A stretch of DNA of 64,000 nucleotides, from the NCBI GenBank assembly GCA_951406725.2, contig OX597831.1, positions 37,076,001-37,140,000 of the forward strand. The letters run 5' to 3'. The DNA comes from Octopus vulgaris. Taxonomy: Eukaryota. A program made the translations under genes and the position numbers. Shown piece by piece: positions 26,863 through 40,274 of the stretch. Numbering within the stretch: position 1 is the first letter of the stretch; each line of letters begins with the position of its first letter. The notes under the pieces were generated by a model. It was not told where the DNA came from. It did no database searches and saw only the letters and a list, made by a program, of their open reading frames with translations.

Positions 26863-27042
26863 CTATTATTTTCGTTGAGAAAAAAAAAATTAAGTATATA
26901 TGCTACACAAAAGAATTGAATGATCCTTCATTTTAAAATTATACTTATGAAACATTGAACTTTGAACTATATATATACATAGAATACACACACTACATAA
27001 AAAAACACACACACACATATATATATATACAAATACATACAT

Positions 27043-27091
<49 letters not shown>

Positions 27092-27137
27092 ATATATGTA
27101 TACATATATACATAAATACATTCATACATATATATAC

Positions 27138-27186
<49 letters not shown>

Positions 27187-27193
27187 TACATAC

Positions 27194-27234
<41 letters not shown>

Positions 27235-27237
<3 letters not shown>

Positions 27238-27625
27238 TATTTCACTTAGGTATAATGAGACTAAAACCTGGAGTAGAACACTATAAATGTGTAGTCCAGA
27301 ACCCAATGTTTTATCAGTATAGAGCGGTAATAGAGGAAAAGAGATCACACAGAAGAAAAAACAAATGTTATGTAATGGACTTCTTTAGCTTACATCTGTT
27401 TCTGCTATAAGATGTGGTGAACATAACTTTCTCACTCATAATGCCTGTATGTTCTGAAAATGCAACTTCCCTAATAAAATGCTCATCATATTCAAGGCTC
27501 TGACGAAACTATAGAATGATATTCTGGTACCCAACAAAGAATCCACCACATCTTACAGCAGAAAGAGCTGTAAGCTAACGATTTTCATTACATAACATTT
27601 GTTTTTTCTGGTGTCATCTTTTGCT

Positions 27626-27628
<3 letters not shown>
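27235..27628. mobile_element. Fold-back element between (TA)n tracts with a long-stem-II hammerhead
   Basis: Inverted arms ~27335-27420 / 27543-27625. Confidence 0.7.
27497..27575 (+). ncRNA. Hammerhead with ~54-nt stem II domain (C15.2>G here; C retained in the inverted arm)
   Basis: gct-CTGACGA-aa ctata...tacag ca-GAAA-gagctg-TA-agc. Confidence 0.55.
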
Positions 27629-27670
<42 letters not shown>

Positions 27671-27782
27671 TCATCATCGTTGTTTAGCGTTCTCCTTCCA
27701 TGCTAGCTTGGGTGGGACGGTTTGACAGGATATTTAACCGAAAGCCCTTCCTATAACCAACCATGCAAAATTATATGCACAT

Positions 27783-27966
27783 ACATACAATATATATATA
27801 TACAACGGGCTTCTTTCAGTTTCCGTCTACCAAATCCACTCACAAGTCTTTGGTCAGCCCGAGTCTATAGTAGAAGACACTTGCCGAAGGTGCCACGCAG
27901 TGGGACTGGACCTGGAATCATGTGCTTGGTAAACAAGCTACTTACCACACAGCCACTCCTGCGCCT
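27783..27966 (-). mobile_element. SINE family B head
   Basis: Homology to 13718-13880. Confidence 0.85.
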
Positions 27967-27977
27967 ATATATATATA

Positions 27978-28031
27978 TACATCAAGACATAATTTCTAAT
28001 ATGAACATTCAAGAGAAGAAGTAGCTATAAG

Positions 28032-28101
<70 letters not shown>

Positions 28102-28179
28102 ATGTATATATATATAGAACTTTTACTTATAGCTACGTCTTCTCTTAAATGTTCATATTAGAAATTATGTCTTGATGTA
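27978..28179. repeat. ~55-bp inverted repeats flanking (TA)n
   Basis: tacatcaagacataatttctaatatgaac... / ...gttcatattagaaattatgtcttgatgta. Confidence 0.8.
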
Positions 28180-28591
28180 ATACAATTCCAACAACTCTTG
28201 GAAAGAATAAGCACCATCTCTATTGCATATATCAGCCCCATAGCGGATATTCCTAACTGCATTACATTTTAATGAAATACTTGTCAATTATGCAGTACGT
28301 ATGCTCTTTATGCCTGTCAGCAGTATCTATGCATGGCACCTAATTACAGCTATGTCAGTTAGTCCAGAAGAATGTTTGATGTCTGTACACAGCATAGTTC
28401 TCACAGCATAATACAAGTCATTGATCCTTTGAAAGGACAATATATATTATGTAGAAATATATATGTGTGTATGCATGTGTGTGAGTATTTTGTATATATA
28501 TATAGACACACATATATATACACCTATATGTGTGTGAATGAATGTATTTATATGTACAAATATATATGTGTATATAAGGGTGTGTGTGTAT

Positions 28592-28629
<38 letters not shown>

Positions 28630-29144
28630 TGATATACATATTATCCATTCAGATTTAATGTGCGAACAATGTCATCTGCAAGCGTACATGGTGAATCACT
28701 GCTCCGTTTGGGATTTGAACTTTTTATGCAAAACACATAACACTATGAAATTAATGATTATAAGATCTCGTATTCTCAACTAATGATTAGGCATACAACA
28801 TAAGACACTTCGCGATTTCAAATAATGCGGTCCCATGCATATTTCTATTTTAATATCTGTACGTGTCTGGCCCACTCGTTAAGAAGTTTGTTTTACGACC
28901 ATGCAGAATCTTCGGTAGTTATCTGCCACAACCTCAGTATGTTTATCATGATGCTGACGTTATTGTTCATGTCTAGCAGTAAGACATAGCATTATATATA
29001 CATTCATATGTTTATGCCTTTAACGCTGTTGATGTCACTGAAGTGAATGGTATTGTCCAGATGTCGAAACCATAGGGATATCGGTTTCACAGCTGACGAT
29101 GGGAATGCATAGTTGATATGGTTGTTTTTGAACAACCATATTAA

Positions 29145-29362
29145 GGCGAGCTGGCAGAGACGTTAGCACGCCGGGCGAAATGCGTAGCCGTATTTCGTCT
29201 GCCGCTATGTTGTGAGTTCAAATTCCGCCGAGGTCGACTTTACCTTTCATCCTTTCGGGGTCGATTAAATAAGTACCAGTTACGCACTGGGGTCGATATA
29301 ATCGACTTAATCTGTTTGTTTGTCCTCTCTGTGTTTAACCCCTTGTGGGTAGTAAAGAAATA
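29145..29362 (+). mobile_element. SINE family A with 18-bp TSD
   Basis: TSD gatatggttgtttttgaa 29115-29132 / 29363-29380. Confidence 0.9.
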
Positions 29363-29585
29363 GATATGGTTGTTTTTGAATATTTTATGTACTGGGGTTT
29401 CGTCATTCTGAGCTGTCCTTCGTTCTCGTAAATTTGAAAATGTTTTCGGATTCATAGTTTATGATAATTACTTATTTTGATATTGGTTGATTAACTTCAC
29501 AGATATTCTTATTAGATTTGGATGACACTTCGATAAAAGTGTCTAGCTCTGGGAGTTTCTTTGGCATTCACATATATACATAGAA

Positions 29586-29797
29586 GGTGGCGAGCTGGCA
29601 GAAACGTTAGGATGCCGGGCGAAATGCTTAGCGGTATTTCGTCTGCCTTTACGTTCTAAGTTCAGATTCTGCGAGGTCGACTTTGCCTTTCATTCTTTCG
29701 AGGTCGATAAATTAAGTACCAGTTGCGTACTGGGCTCGATCTAGTCGATTGGCCCCCTCCCCACAAATTTCAGGCCTTGCGCCTTGAGTAGAAAAGT
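29586..29797 (+). mobile_element. SINE family A variant (different 3' tail)
   Basis: Same head and core; tail ggccccctccccacaaatttcaggccttgcgcc. Confidence 0.85.
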
Positions 29798-29858
29798 ATA
29801 CATGTATACATAGACACACACGAACACAAACGTACATAACTATGTATTAATGTTTTTG

Positions 29859-30146
29859 GTACACGGACGGGATGCCGAAAGCACTTTTGCCGAAGGAGTA
29901 GAAGCCGAACGGATAGAATGCCGAACGGACAGAATACTGGAAAGACAGGGAAATTACAATATATGATAATCATTAATCATTTTATTCCTACAATATGACC
30001 ATTTGACAGACTAAAATGGTCATTAAACTATGCAAGCAAGAATGTTTGTTTTTTTTAATTATTGTGTCCGTTCGACTTTATGTTCTTTCATTATTATGTC
30101 CGTTCTTGACTTCAGCAAAATTGCATTCGGCATCCTGTCCACGTAC
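29859..30146. mobile_element. MITE with ~37-bp TIRs and subterminal ccgaacgga repeats (possibly MULE-like)
   Basis: gtacacggacgggatgccgaaagcacttttgccgaag / cttcagcaaaattgcattcggcatcctgtccacgtac; flanks atgttttt / atgttatt. Confidence 0.7.
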
Positions 30147-31246
30147 GATGTTATTATGTCGAGTTATAATGATAACCAACAAACAAATCATTTAACATAG
30201 TTCAACCTACCTCAGACAAAAAATAAACTTACTACAGATTATATGAAATCAAAATGAAGTTAACTGTATCACCGTCCGATGAAGGCTGTTGGGCTGAAAA
30301 TGCAAAACCACGACCATAATTTTTCTTTTTAAAGTATAATCTATACTATCACGGAGAATGCTTATTGATTTGTTGTAATTATACAACATTTACTAAAAGA
30401 TAGCAATTATTAAATTTTCCATTGTCTGAAAAATTCTTGAAAAACTTTTTAAATTCAAATTTTAATATACTCTACTCAAAACGTATTTTGCGATTTTTCT
30501 TTTTTATATTATTGTTATTGAAGATTCAAGTAAATACCTCAATAACAAAATTTATTTTTATTCACTGCCATCCACCACACACAGAAAAACTTTCGTTCAA
30601 TGCAGCATATGTGTGTGTCTTTCTTTCTCGCTCTCTTCCATTTTGTTCAATTGTTTTCATTAACAGTAAGTGATTACAAAGTTGTTTGTTTTTCGTTCAG
30701 ATAATTGGAACATATTTGTGAAATATTTTACTCTGTCTATCGTGTTTATTGGTTTAGTATAATATATTGATGTTTCCTTCTTTATCAACTTCTTCGTTCC
30801 TTCGTTCTTCGTCCTTTTCTATCCCTCACACTTCTAAACTTGCCAATCCTCAAAAGTCAAAAGATGAGAGAATTCAAACTTGGAGCTAGAAAAAGTAATG
30901 AAAAATGATAAATTGTTGTGAGACATCCTCAAATTTCCTAGCGGAACCAGTTTTGGTGTTAGCGCAATTAGATTCAATGTAATATATACAGTAAACAGTA
31001 AAATGACGTCCTTTGGTATTTTTATTAATATTCACGCTTTGTGATCGGAAAGGACAAATTTTCCGAGCAGTTTTCAGCACCAGACAATTCATTTTACTTT
31101 GTAGAAGACAGCCCATTTTCATTGCAATCATTTTCTTCAAAGCTACCGATAAACATACGCTTCTTATTCACCATATTGAAATGAGGCTGTTTGGTTTTTC
31201 GCTCTTGTTAGCCTCGCAGTTTCTAGTCTGTGTACCATGAAAGAGT

Positions 31247-31616
31247 GGAGGCGCAATGGCCCAGTGGTTAGTGCAGCGGACTCGCGGTTTCGATTCCCAG
31301 ACCGGGCGTTGTGAGTGTTTATTGAGCGAAAACACCTAAAAGCTCCACGAGGCTCCGACAGGGGATGGTGGTGATCCCTGCTGTACTCTTTCAGCACAAC
31401 TTTCTCTCACTCTTACTTCCTGTTTCTGCTGTACCTGTATTTCAAAGGGCCGGCCTTGTCACTCTCTGTGTACGCTGAATATCCCCGAGAACTACGTTAA
31501 GGGTGAACGTGTCAGTGGAGTGCTCAGCCACTTACACGTTACTTTCACGAGCAGGCTGTTCCGTTGATTCGGATCAACCGGAAACCTCATCGTCGTTACC
31601 GACGGAGTGCTTCTTC
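31247..31616 (+). mobile_element. SINE family C with 13-bp TSD
   Basis: TSD accatgaaagagt 31234-31246 / 31617-31629. Confidence 0.9.
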
Positions 31617-31637
31617 ACCATGAAAGAGTAGACTCAC

Positions 31638-31734
31638 CGTCTACGATTCCTAACCTGCGCATTATCGTCGTCCACAGCAACAGCGGGCCGCGCAGGAAAT
31701 ATAAATTTACCAACGGCATGAGGATGCGAAGCAT
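31638..31734 (-). CDS. Candidate first coding exon (signal-peptide-like) of an unidentified host gene
   Basis: MLRILMPLVNLYFLRGPLLLWTTIMRRLGIVD plus G|GTGAGT phase-1 donor; non-repetitive CpG-rich island. Confidence 0.35.
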
Positions 31735-32686
31735 ACATGGTGCTGCCGCATGCAGGGTGATCTACGACAAGGCTGGAAATGTGCCTCAAGACTGGGATAA
31801 GTCTTTAAGATATTCTAAATTCTTCTTTTAGATTGTCTTTGGAAAAAGAGTGAGAAATTCCTCCTAAAAACGTGAGGTCGTGACACCGTGAGTAAAGTCG
31901 TGAGACAACGACAAAGTCGTCAGACTTAGCAGATTTGCATTTCGTTTAAAGCTTTACCACGGAGGCACTAAATTGGCACCATCTGTTCTTTTGACTTTCT
32001 TCCGTTGCAATACTGTCTTTCTCTCTCTCTCTCTTTCTATTTCTGCCACCTCTATTCAACTGTTTTCATTAAAATGATTTGCTTAGAGTACATTGCTAAG
32101 TAATACATTGACGTTTGTAAAGTTTTCCCCCGTCTTTTTCCTTCGATCTTCGTCATTCTCTCTTTTTCATACACTGCATTCAAAATCCTTCGCATAGTTG
32201 AAGAAATGCTAGATGAATGATAAATGTGTCAAAATGATTTTCAAAAATAAGTTATTTCATCCCGTACATAGGTAAATACATACATACATACATACATACA
32301 TACATACATACATACATACATACGCACATACGCATGTACATACATACATACACACGTACCTACGCACGTACATACATGCATACAAAAATATATTGTTGTT
32401 GAAATTCTAATGAGGGAGACTTGGATCTAGGTTTCAAAACGTTTCTTTTTCTATTGACAAGAAATCTTGAAATATACTAAATAATGACATATATACATGC
32501 ATAATATAGGCGCAGAAATGAAATGGAAAGAAGCTTGTTGGGTGTGTGTCTCTTTCCCTCTCTCTTCCTCTCTTCATATATATATATATATACAAGAGTA
32601 AGCACATTAATACGAAACAAGGTGGAAAAATAGAACTCAAATACCGGAGACAGAGTAATATGATTTATTACTAAATAATATATATA

Positions 32687-33553
32687 GGCGCAGGCGTGGC
32701 TGTGTGGTACGTAGCTTGCTTACCAACCACATGGTTCTGGGTTCAGTCCAACTTCATGGCAACTTGGGCAAGTGTCTTCTACTACAGCCTCGGCCGACCA
32801 TAGACTTGTGAGTGGATTTGGTAGACGGAAACTGAAAGAAGCCCGTCGAATATATATATGTATATATGTGTGTTTGTTTGTTTGTCTGTGTTTGTTCCCC
32901 AACATCGCTTGACAACTGATGCTCGTGTGTTTACGTCCCCGTAACTTAGCGGTTCGGCAAAGAGACCGATAGAATAAGTACTAGGCTTACAAAGAATAAG
33001 TTCTGGAGTCTATTTGTACGACTAAAGGTGGTGCTCCAGCATGGCCGCAGTCAAATGACTGAAACAAATAAAATAAATATTTATAAATAATAATAATAAA
33101 TAATATATATTGATAATAATAATAATAATAATAATATACATGCATACATATATATATACTCTCTCTTTTACTCTTTTACTAGTTTCAGTCATTTGACTGC
33201 GGCCATGCTGGAGCACCGCCTTTAGTCGAGCAACTCGACCCCGGGACTTATTCTTTGTAAGTACTTATTCTATCGGTCTCTTTTGCCGAACCGCTAGGTG
33301 ACGGGGACCTAAACACACCAGCATCGGTTGTCAAGCAATGCTAGGGGGACAAACACACAAACATACACACACACACATATATATATACATATATACGACA
33401 GGCTTCTTTCAGTTTTCATCTACCAAATCCACTCACAAGGCATTGGTCGGCCCGAGGCTATAGCAGAAGACACTTGCCCAAGATGCCACGCAGTGGGACT
33501 GAACCCGGAACCATGTGGTTGGTAAGCAAGCTACTTACCACACAGCCACTCCT
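32687..33553. mobile_element. Tail-to-tail pair of full-length SINE B copies (32687-33070 +, 33158-33553 -)
   Basis: Direct homology to 13718-14131. Confidence 0.88.
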
Positions 33554-34173
33554 ATTATACGTAGGCGTGGTCGTAGGCGCATGCGTGGCTGTGTGGTAAG
33601 TAGCTTTCTTACCAACCACATGGTCAAAATTGTTCGTCACAATAGTTAGTCAAAATAGTTCGTTTCATTAAAACCATGGTAGGTTTAAGTTCAAGAAGCG
33701 CAAGAGAATTCCACAAAATCGAGTCAAACCACATCTCTGCCAATTTCGGTAGTTCACGGCCGCGTTCCGATTTCGAGTTAAAGTGCATCTTGGCAATGAC
33801 TCTCTCATCAGGATGAACAGCAATTTCAACAATTAGTCGTCCACAAGAGTTACAAAACGGCTGCAGAACCTAATTTAAAGAAAATAACCAATAGCACGAC
33901 CAGTCCAAAACTTTCCAACACACACAAAATAGGAAAAAAATAATTTGTTTAACCTTCTGTGATTTTATATACGTATTCCTTTTATATGTTGAAGGCCATG
34001 GTAATGTTTATATATGATGAAATGTATGGAAGCGTCGTGTTATGTAAAGTCGTTGACCTGAATTTGATGTTTGTTCTGTTTATTTTATCTTTGTTTCTGT
34101 TTCGTTTGAGCACTTCATTTTTGCAGTCCTATAAACTCCGTCTATCTCCACAGAAAGTGGCATCTCTCTCTCG

Positions 34174-34210
<37 letters not shown>

Positions 34211-34212
<2 letters not shown>

Positions 34213-34350
34213 GGGCGCAATCGGATGAAGGATGCCCGAGATCCTAGAAGACACACACACTCACACACAGACACACACACACAAAGAACGGATTTTATAT
34301 AATGTGTGTCTTCTAGGATCTCCAGCATCCTTCAGCCGATTGCGCTCAAA
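34211..34350. repeat. ~47-bp inverted repeat around a (CA)n spacer, next to (TA)n
   Basis: ttgggcgcaatcggatgaaggatgcccgagatcctagaagacacaca / tgtgtgtcttctaggatctccagcatccttcagccgattgcgctcaa. Confidence 0.8.
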
Positions 34351-34816
34351 GTTGATATGTAGATACCGACGGTATCAGGGCGTGTATAATTATTGGAAAA
34401 AATTACAAAAATCGATTCCAGGTGAGAATGCGATCGATAAAGCCGTTTTTGTCCTGCTTTTCTTCCGTCAACCTGTACATAACTGCGCCTTCCATTTTTT
34501 GTTGTTTTTGTACTGCTTAAAGGCACGTTTCTTTCCTGCCAAGCTTACTGTTTAAACCATGTTTGTGTTCTCCCAGTCAACAGCCTTATCATTACTGGCA
34601 TTTTAAACTCTTCGGTTGCATATTTGTGTGAATAAAATCGTTTTCCTTTGGAATAGAAAAAAGTCTATCTATATTTCTTCTTTTGCTGGTATCTCAAATT
34701 TAGATTAAATCGGTGTTTCTCAAAGGGGCGGCCTATGGGACGGTTGGACAAATTGTTTTGAGAAAATTTGATTTATATATATATATATTGTATGTATGTA
34801 TGTATGTATGTATGTA

Positions 34817-34965
34817 AGGAGTGGCTGTGTGGTAATTTACTTGCTTACTAACCACGTGGTTCCGGGTTCAGTCCCACTACGTGGCACCTCGGGCAAGTGT
34901 CTGATACTATAGCCTCGGGCCGACTAAAGCCGTGCGAGTGGATTTAGTAGACGGAAACTAAAAAA

Positions 34966-34969
<4 letters not shown>
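34817..34969 (+). mobile_element. SINE family B head
   Basis: Homology to 13718-13880. Confidence 0.8.
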
Positions 34970-35056
<87 letters not shown>

Positions 35057-35300
35057 ATATTTATATATACATATATCTGTAGATTGGCTGGAATTACGAA
35101 GGGCATCAACTATAGAATGTATATCAAACCAGACATTTGAGTCCATCGCAGCCGTCTACTTCAGTTCGATTCTGTCAAATTCTCCAAACAACCCATGCCA
35201 GCATGGCGGACAGATGGTAAGAGATGATGGCGAGATGTGCGTGTGCTTGTTTTTTCATGTATGTATATTTACGTGTCCACACACAAAACCGTATATATAT

Positions 35301-35338
<38 letters not shown>

Positions 35339-35764
35339 ATTCTGTATTTTTACATTTTCCTCTGGTAAAGCTTTTTTTGTTGTTTTTTTTTCATTTTGCA
35401 ACTAACTAATGCTTATGAATAAAATAACCATTCATTTTTTTATAGCGCTAAAACAAATTGTATATATTTATTTATTTATCTATTTATTTATTTTGCAAAT
35501 ATTCTGTATTCTAATAGGTTCTTATTTCATAAAATCATTGTCATATAGTTGAATATTTCACAAACAGAAAATAAAAAAGTAAAAGAGATTATATCTACAT
35601 TTTTATGCCGTTTTTTAAAAAATAAAAGTGGATATTTACTTATATAAATTTCTATAACTGTAATAGATTAAGATTTATTTTGTTTTTGATAGCAATATAT
35701 GTAAATATTTGGTTCTATATTTATGTGTAAATCTTTGCACAGACACGCATATACATATGTGTTT

Positions 35765-35841
<77 letters not shown>

Positions 35842-36153
35842 GTATAGATGTATGTATATATTTGTATATATGTGCAAGTACACACCCATTCACACTTGGA
35901 GACACATATACTTCTGCAGTAATGCATAAATATAAATACATATGTGTGTGTGTATGTGTGTGTGTGTGTGTGTGAGCCTATCTATCAATCTGTCTCTAGA
36001 TATAGATAGATACATTCACCCATTTTTATGTATGTATTTATATATAAAACTGAGTTACTAGTTTTAAAAACATTACATAATACTCGTACAATGTCAAAGC
36101 ACAGCAATATATTTGTAAATTATTAATATTTGCAAACACACACATACACACGC

Positions 36154-36263
<110 letters not shown>

Positions 36264-37674
36264 ATATATATACATACATACACACATTTATATATATATA
36301 TATATTATACACATACATACATACACACATTTATATACATATATACATATAAACATATGCACACACACGCGCCCACATATGTATGTATATACACAAACCG
36401 TTAATGTTTGTTTTTATGTCGAGTTATATATAAAAGACAATATGATATTAAACTGAAGGGTTATTCAATATGCTTTCTAGCGTACATATACTTTTTACAA
36501 GACATGAGGGGACAGTGACTTCGAACTTTCGTCCTGCTAGCCTCTGTTGTTCTCCGGTACAATTGTTTACTCCCTCAGATCTTTTCTCTTTTTATTTTTG
36601 CTGGGCTAGATAGTGCTACGGTACATGTTAATTAGGACGTGTGTATGTACATCTGCGAATGAGATGTATAGCGGAAGTGATGAAGGGGCACAGTTCGATT
36701 CCCGACGGTGGGTTGTGTCCATGAGCAAACACCTTTCATGTTGATCCAGTTCACTCAGCTGACAAAAAGGAGTAGCACCTGTATTTCAAAAGGACCAGCC
36801 TTTTCACACTCTCCCGGAGAAGTATGTGAAGGGGTACGCATGTGCTCAGTACGCAGGGCTCAGCTACTTGTACGTTAATCCCTTGATCGAATCAACTGGA
36901 ACCCTTATCGTCATAAGCGACAGACACACACTAACACATACACTCACATATCCATGTATGTACGTATATATATCTTTAGACATACATATATACATACATA
37001 CATGTATATATAGGTATGTATGTATGTATGCATGAAGATATATACATATATACACATGAGTGTGTGTGCGTCTGTAACTGACTGGCACTCCGCCTTTGCT
37101 CAAGAACAGAACCCACGATTTCACAATCGCGAGTGCAACACCCTAACCACTAAACCACGCACCTTCACACCAACACATACTCACAAATATATACATACAT
37201 ACATACATACATACATACATACATACATACATACATACATACATACCCTGACACACACATATACACATGCATACACACATACATACAGATATGTTGTTTT
37301 TGCCTACATTATCTGTCTCAGCTTTTATTTCTCTCATTCTTTATTTTACTCATTCCATTCAGCGCAGATTTAAAAAAAAAGAGAGAAAATTGCATCACCA
37401 AGCATTTCCATTACATTTAAAGAATTATTCCCAATATTTCTCTTGTCCTTTTTGGTTTCGCATCTCAGAACCTTTCTCATTCCTATGGGACATGTACATC
37501 TGTTCCCGCATTTCATAGTCCAGAAGTTTATATTGCATATAAGGACTTTATAGGGAAATAGGAGAATGAATGTATTACCGTATATTTCCCTATATACTCC
37601 TTATCTGCTTCCTTTTCCAAAATATCTCCTTATATTGAAGTCTAATATTTCCCTCTATTTAACCATCTTACATC

Positions 37675-37722
37675 GTCTCTGATGAAGGGATATATCTAAT
37701 ATACCAGAAACAGCTGTAAGAC
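37675..37722 (+). ncRNA. Type-I hammerhead motif (intact core)
   Basis: gtct-CTGATGA-a[gggatat atcta atatacc]a-GAAA-CAGCTG-TA-agac; downstream shares tataaatg...acacagccttgg with 48355-48550. Confidence 0.8.
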
Positions 37723-37801
37723 TAACCTCCTCTTTATAAATGTCCTTAAACTTCGACACAGCCTTGGCTTTGTTGTCTCATTTTAATTAACACGCACGCA
37801 C

Positions 37802-37864
<63 letters not shown>

Positions 37865-38074
37865 ATCAGTTAATGTTGATATCGTCATTTGCATCATCAG
37901 TTGCTGCCAACTGCAACATTTGACGACAGTCTACCACATTCATCATTTTGTGCAGGAATTGAAGAAGTGTAGGTAGATTTACAAACACTATTGTTTCATA
38001 TGAAACGTTTTAGACGTAAAATGCTTATAAGGCATTCTGAAAAAAAGAAAGATCAGTCACTTAACCTCTCATTC

Positions 38075-38110
38075 CTTTCCGTCGAAGAGCGTAGGCCCGA
38101 AATGTCAAAG
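38075..38110 (+). ncRNA. Degenerate A6U-family hammerhead-like motif
   Basis: cttt-CCGTCGA-a gagc gtag gccc-GAAA-TG-TC-aaag. Confidence 0.5.
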
Positions 38111-38409
38111 AGCTCTCCATTTTTTCTGTGAGTCATACTAATACACTAGCTTGTTGTACCATCACCTGTCTCTGCTTTTTGTTTTCTGCACATTTGAATC
38201 AGACACACATGCACACACACACACACGCACACACACACACATGCATATGTATATATGTATATTTTTTAATTCGTTTTTGGGAAACGTTTTCGATATTCAA
38301 AGAAAACTCCTATTCTATTATGCCGGCCGCTGTCTAATGATGCTGACTGGTGAACCAGCTTTTCGGGGTTGCATTTTGTTGCCCCGATATAATGTAAGAT
38401 AAATATAAT

Positions 38410-38875
38410 GATAACAATAAACCTTGGATAGAATTTACAATTATTTAATGCATCGCTACGCACGTTTCCACGAATCACATGTCTCTTAAGACCATAGTCC
38501 GTATTCCTGTGATGATTAACGTGTAGTCCATAATATCCATGGGCATCGGGTTGGTCCTCTTAATGGATTCATTTCTTCAGGCGATATAACATTAATGGAA
38601 GTACAACAGAGGGATGTTTATCCTTTTTTACCTGTAAGAGTTCGCATAACATTCATACTGGTAAAAAGGAATAAACATCCCTCTATTGTGCATCCACTAA
38701 TGTTATAACACCTGAAGAAATGAATCGACGAAGATGATCAACCCGATGCCCACGGATATTACGGACTGCACTGTAATCATATCATGAATACGGACTGTGA
38801 TCTTAAGAGACATGTGATTTGTGGAAACGCACGTGCATGTTTATAAATTCCATCCAACAATAATTGATATTATTA
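38410..38875. mobile_element. Large fold-back element (~210-bp diverged arms) carrying a long-stem-II hammerhead
   Basis: Arms meet at ~38635-38657 (tacctgta...tactggta). Confidence 0.8.
38452..38585 (-). ncRNA. Hammerhead with ~105-nt stem II domain
   Basis: atcgc-CTGAAGA-a[atgaatc...gattcgt]g-GAAA-CGTGCG-TA-gcgat; degenerate mirror copy at 38707-38835 (+). Confidence 0.7.
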
Positions 38876-38908
38876 TCATTATTATATATATTACTATCAT
38901 TATTATTA

Positions 38909-38987
<79 letters not shown>

Positions 38988-39540
38988 TATATATATATTA
39001 TATTATATATTATATATTTTATATATATCATATATATTATATTATTATATTATTGTTATATATATTATCTTTATTATTATTAGCATTATTATATATATGC
39101 GTAGACACACACATATATAAATATATACATAAATATTTACACACACACACGCACACCCTCGCGCACACGCATAAATATCCTTACACGTAGAAATGTATAT
39201 ACTTTTATATGTGTGTAATGCAGAGTTTGTGGTGGGTGATGGCTCATGGCTTAATTGTTAGAGTTGTTGCGTCTTTGATCTTAAGTCTATGGTTTATACT
39301 TTCCCGAAGACTGAACAGTGCGTTTTGTTTCGTACAACGCGCTTCATTTTATTTGGTGTCTCTTTACCCCACCACAACCACCAGCGCTGTTGATTAATAT
39401 AACTACATTGCTGGTGCCACCCTTTCTCTGTTCTTCCAACTGTCATATTCTTGCTATTCTGTTGGTGAAAGGTTAAAGAGACGGAAAGGATTCCACGTCT
39501 TTTGGCAAGTGCTAAGCACTTAGCACATAAACGAAAGCAT

Positions 39541-39843
39541 CCTTCTCCTTCTCAAGCCATCCCTGGTTCATAAGGGCCACTTTCCCGGTTTTACTGGCGC
39601 ATAGGTTCCCCACATGAACGGGATGCCGGTCCGTTCCAGGTGAGCTGCTAGATGCAGGAGGAGAGACTGACAGTAAGTAGTGGCGAAAGAGTCAGCAGAA
39701 GTTCGCCATTACCTTCTGCCGGAGCCGCGTGGAGCTTAGGTGCTTCGATCATAAACATACACATCACCCGGTCAGAGATTCGAAGCCGCGATCACTCGAC
39801 GGCGAGTCCGCTGCTGTAACCACTAAGGCCACGTGCCTCCTCT
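39541..39843 (-). mobile_element. SINE with family-C-like head and alternative tail; 14-bp TSD
   Basis: TSD ataaacgaaagcat 39527-39540 / 39844-39857; sister copy 54352-54636. Confidence 0.85.
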
Positions 39844-40204
39844 ATAAACGAAAGCATGGCTCATGTCATCGGGCATTATTCCACTAAGACTGAGGATTGA
39901 CTGCATTTTTATACGAATTCACATTTTCCATCTGCCAAACTGTGTACACAAAACATAGGTCGACATTAATCTCAGTAAATGACACTTATCTAATGTACGG
40001 ATTCGGAGGGATTAAACATGGGACCACGTGATTTTGAAGCGAATGTTTTAATCAGAGAGTGACACATGCACTTAATAGGTAAGATATATGTATCTATCGG
40101 CCTACGTTTAAGATAAATTTCATTTTGAATTTGCCTAAGCGTGTTGATCAGAACTTCTATACAAACAACAATACATTTCGTTAGACAATACACAAAAGCC
40201 ACAA

Positions 40205-40274
<70 letters not shown>

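Noticed and set aside
30275-30305. ccgatga-aggct gttg ggct-gaaa
   Set aside because: No stem III, cleavage triplet or stem I.
32405-32452. ctaatga...aaaacgtt HHR-like relic
   Set aside because: Two core substitutions and no stem I.
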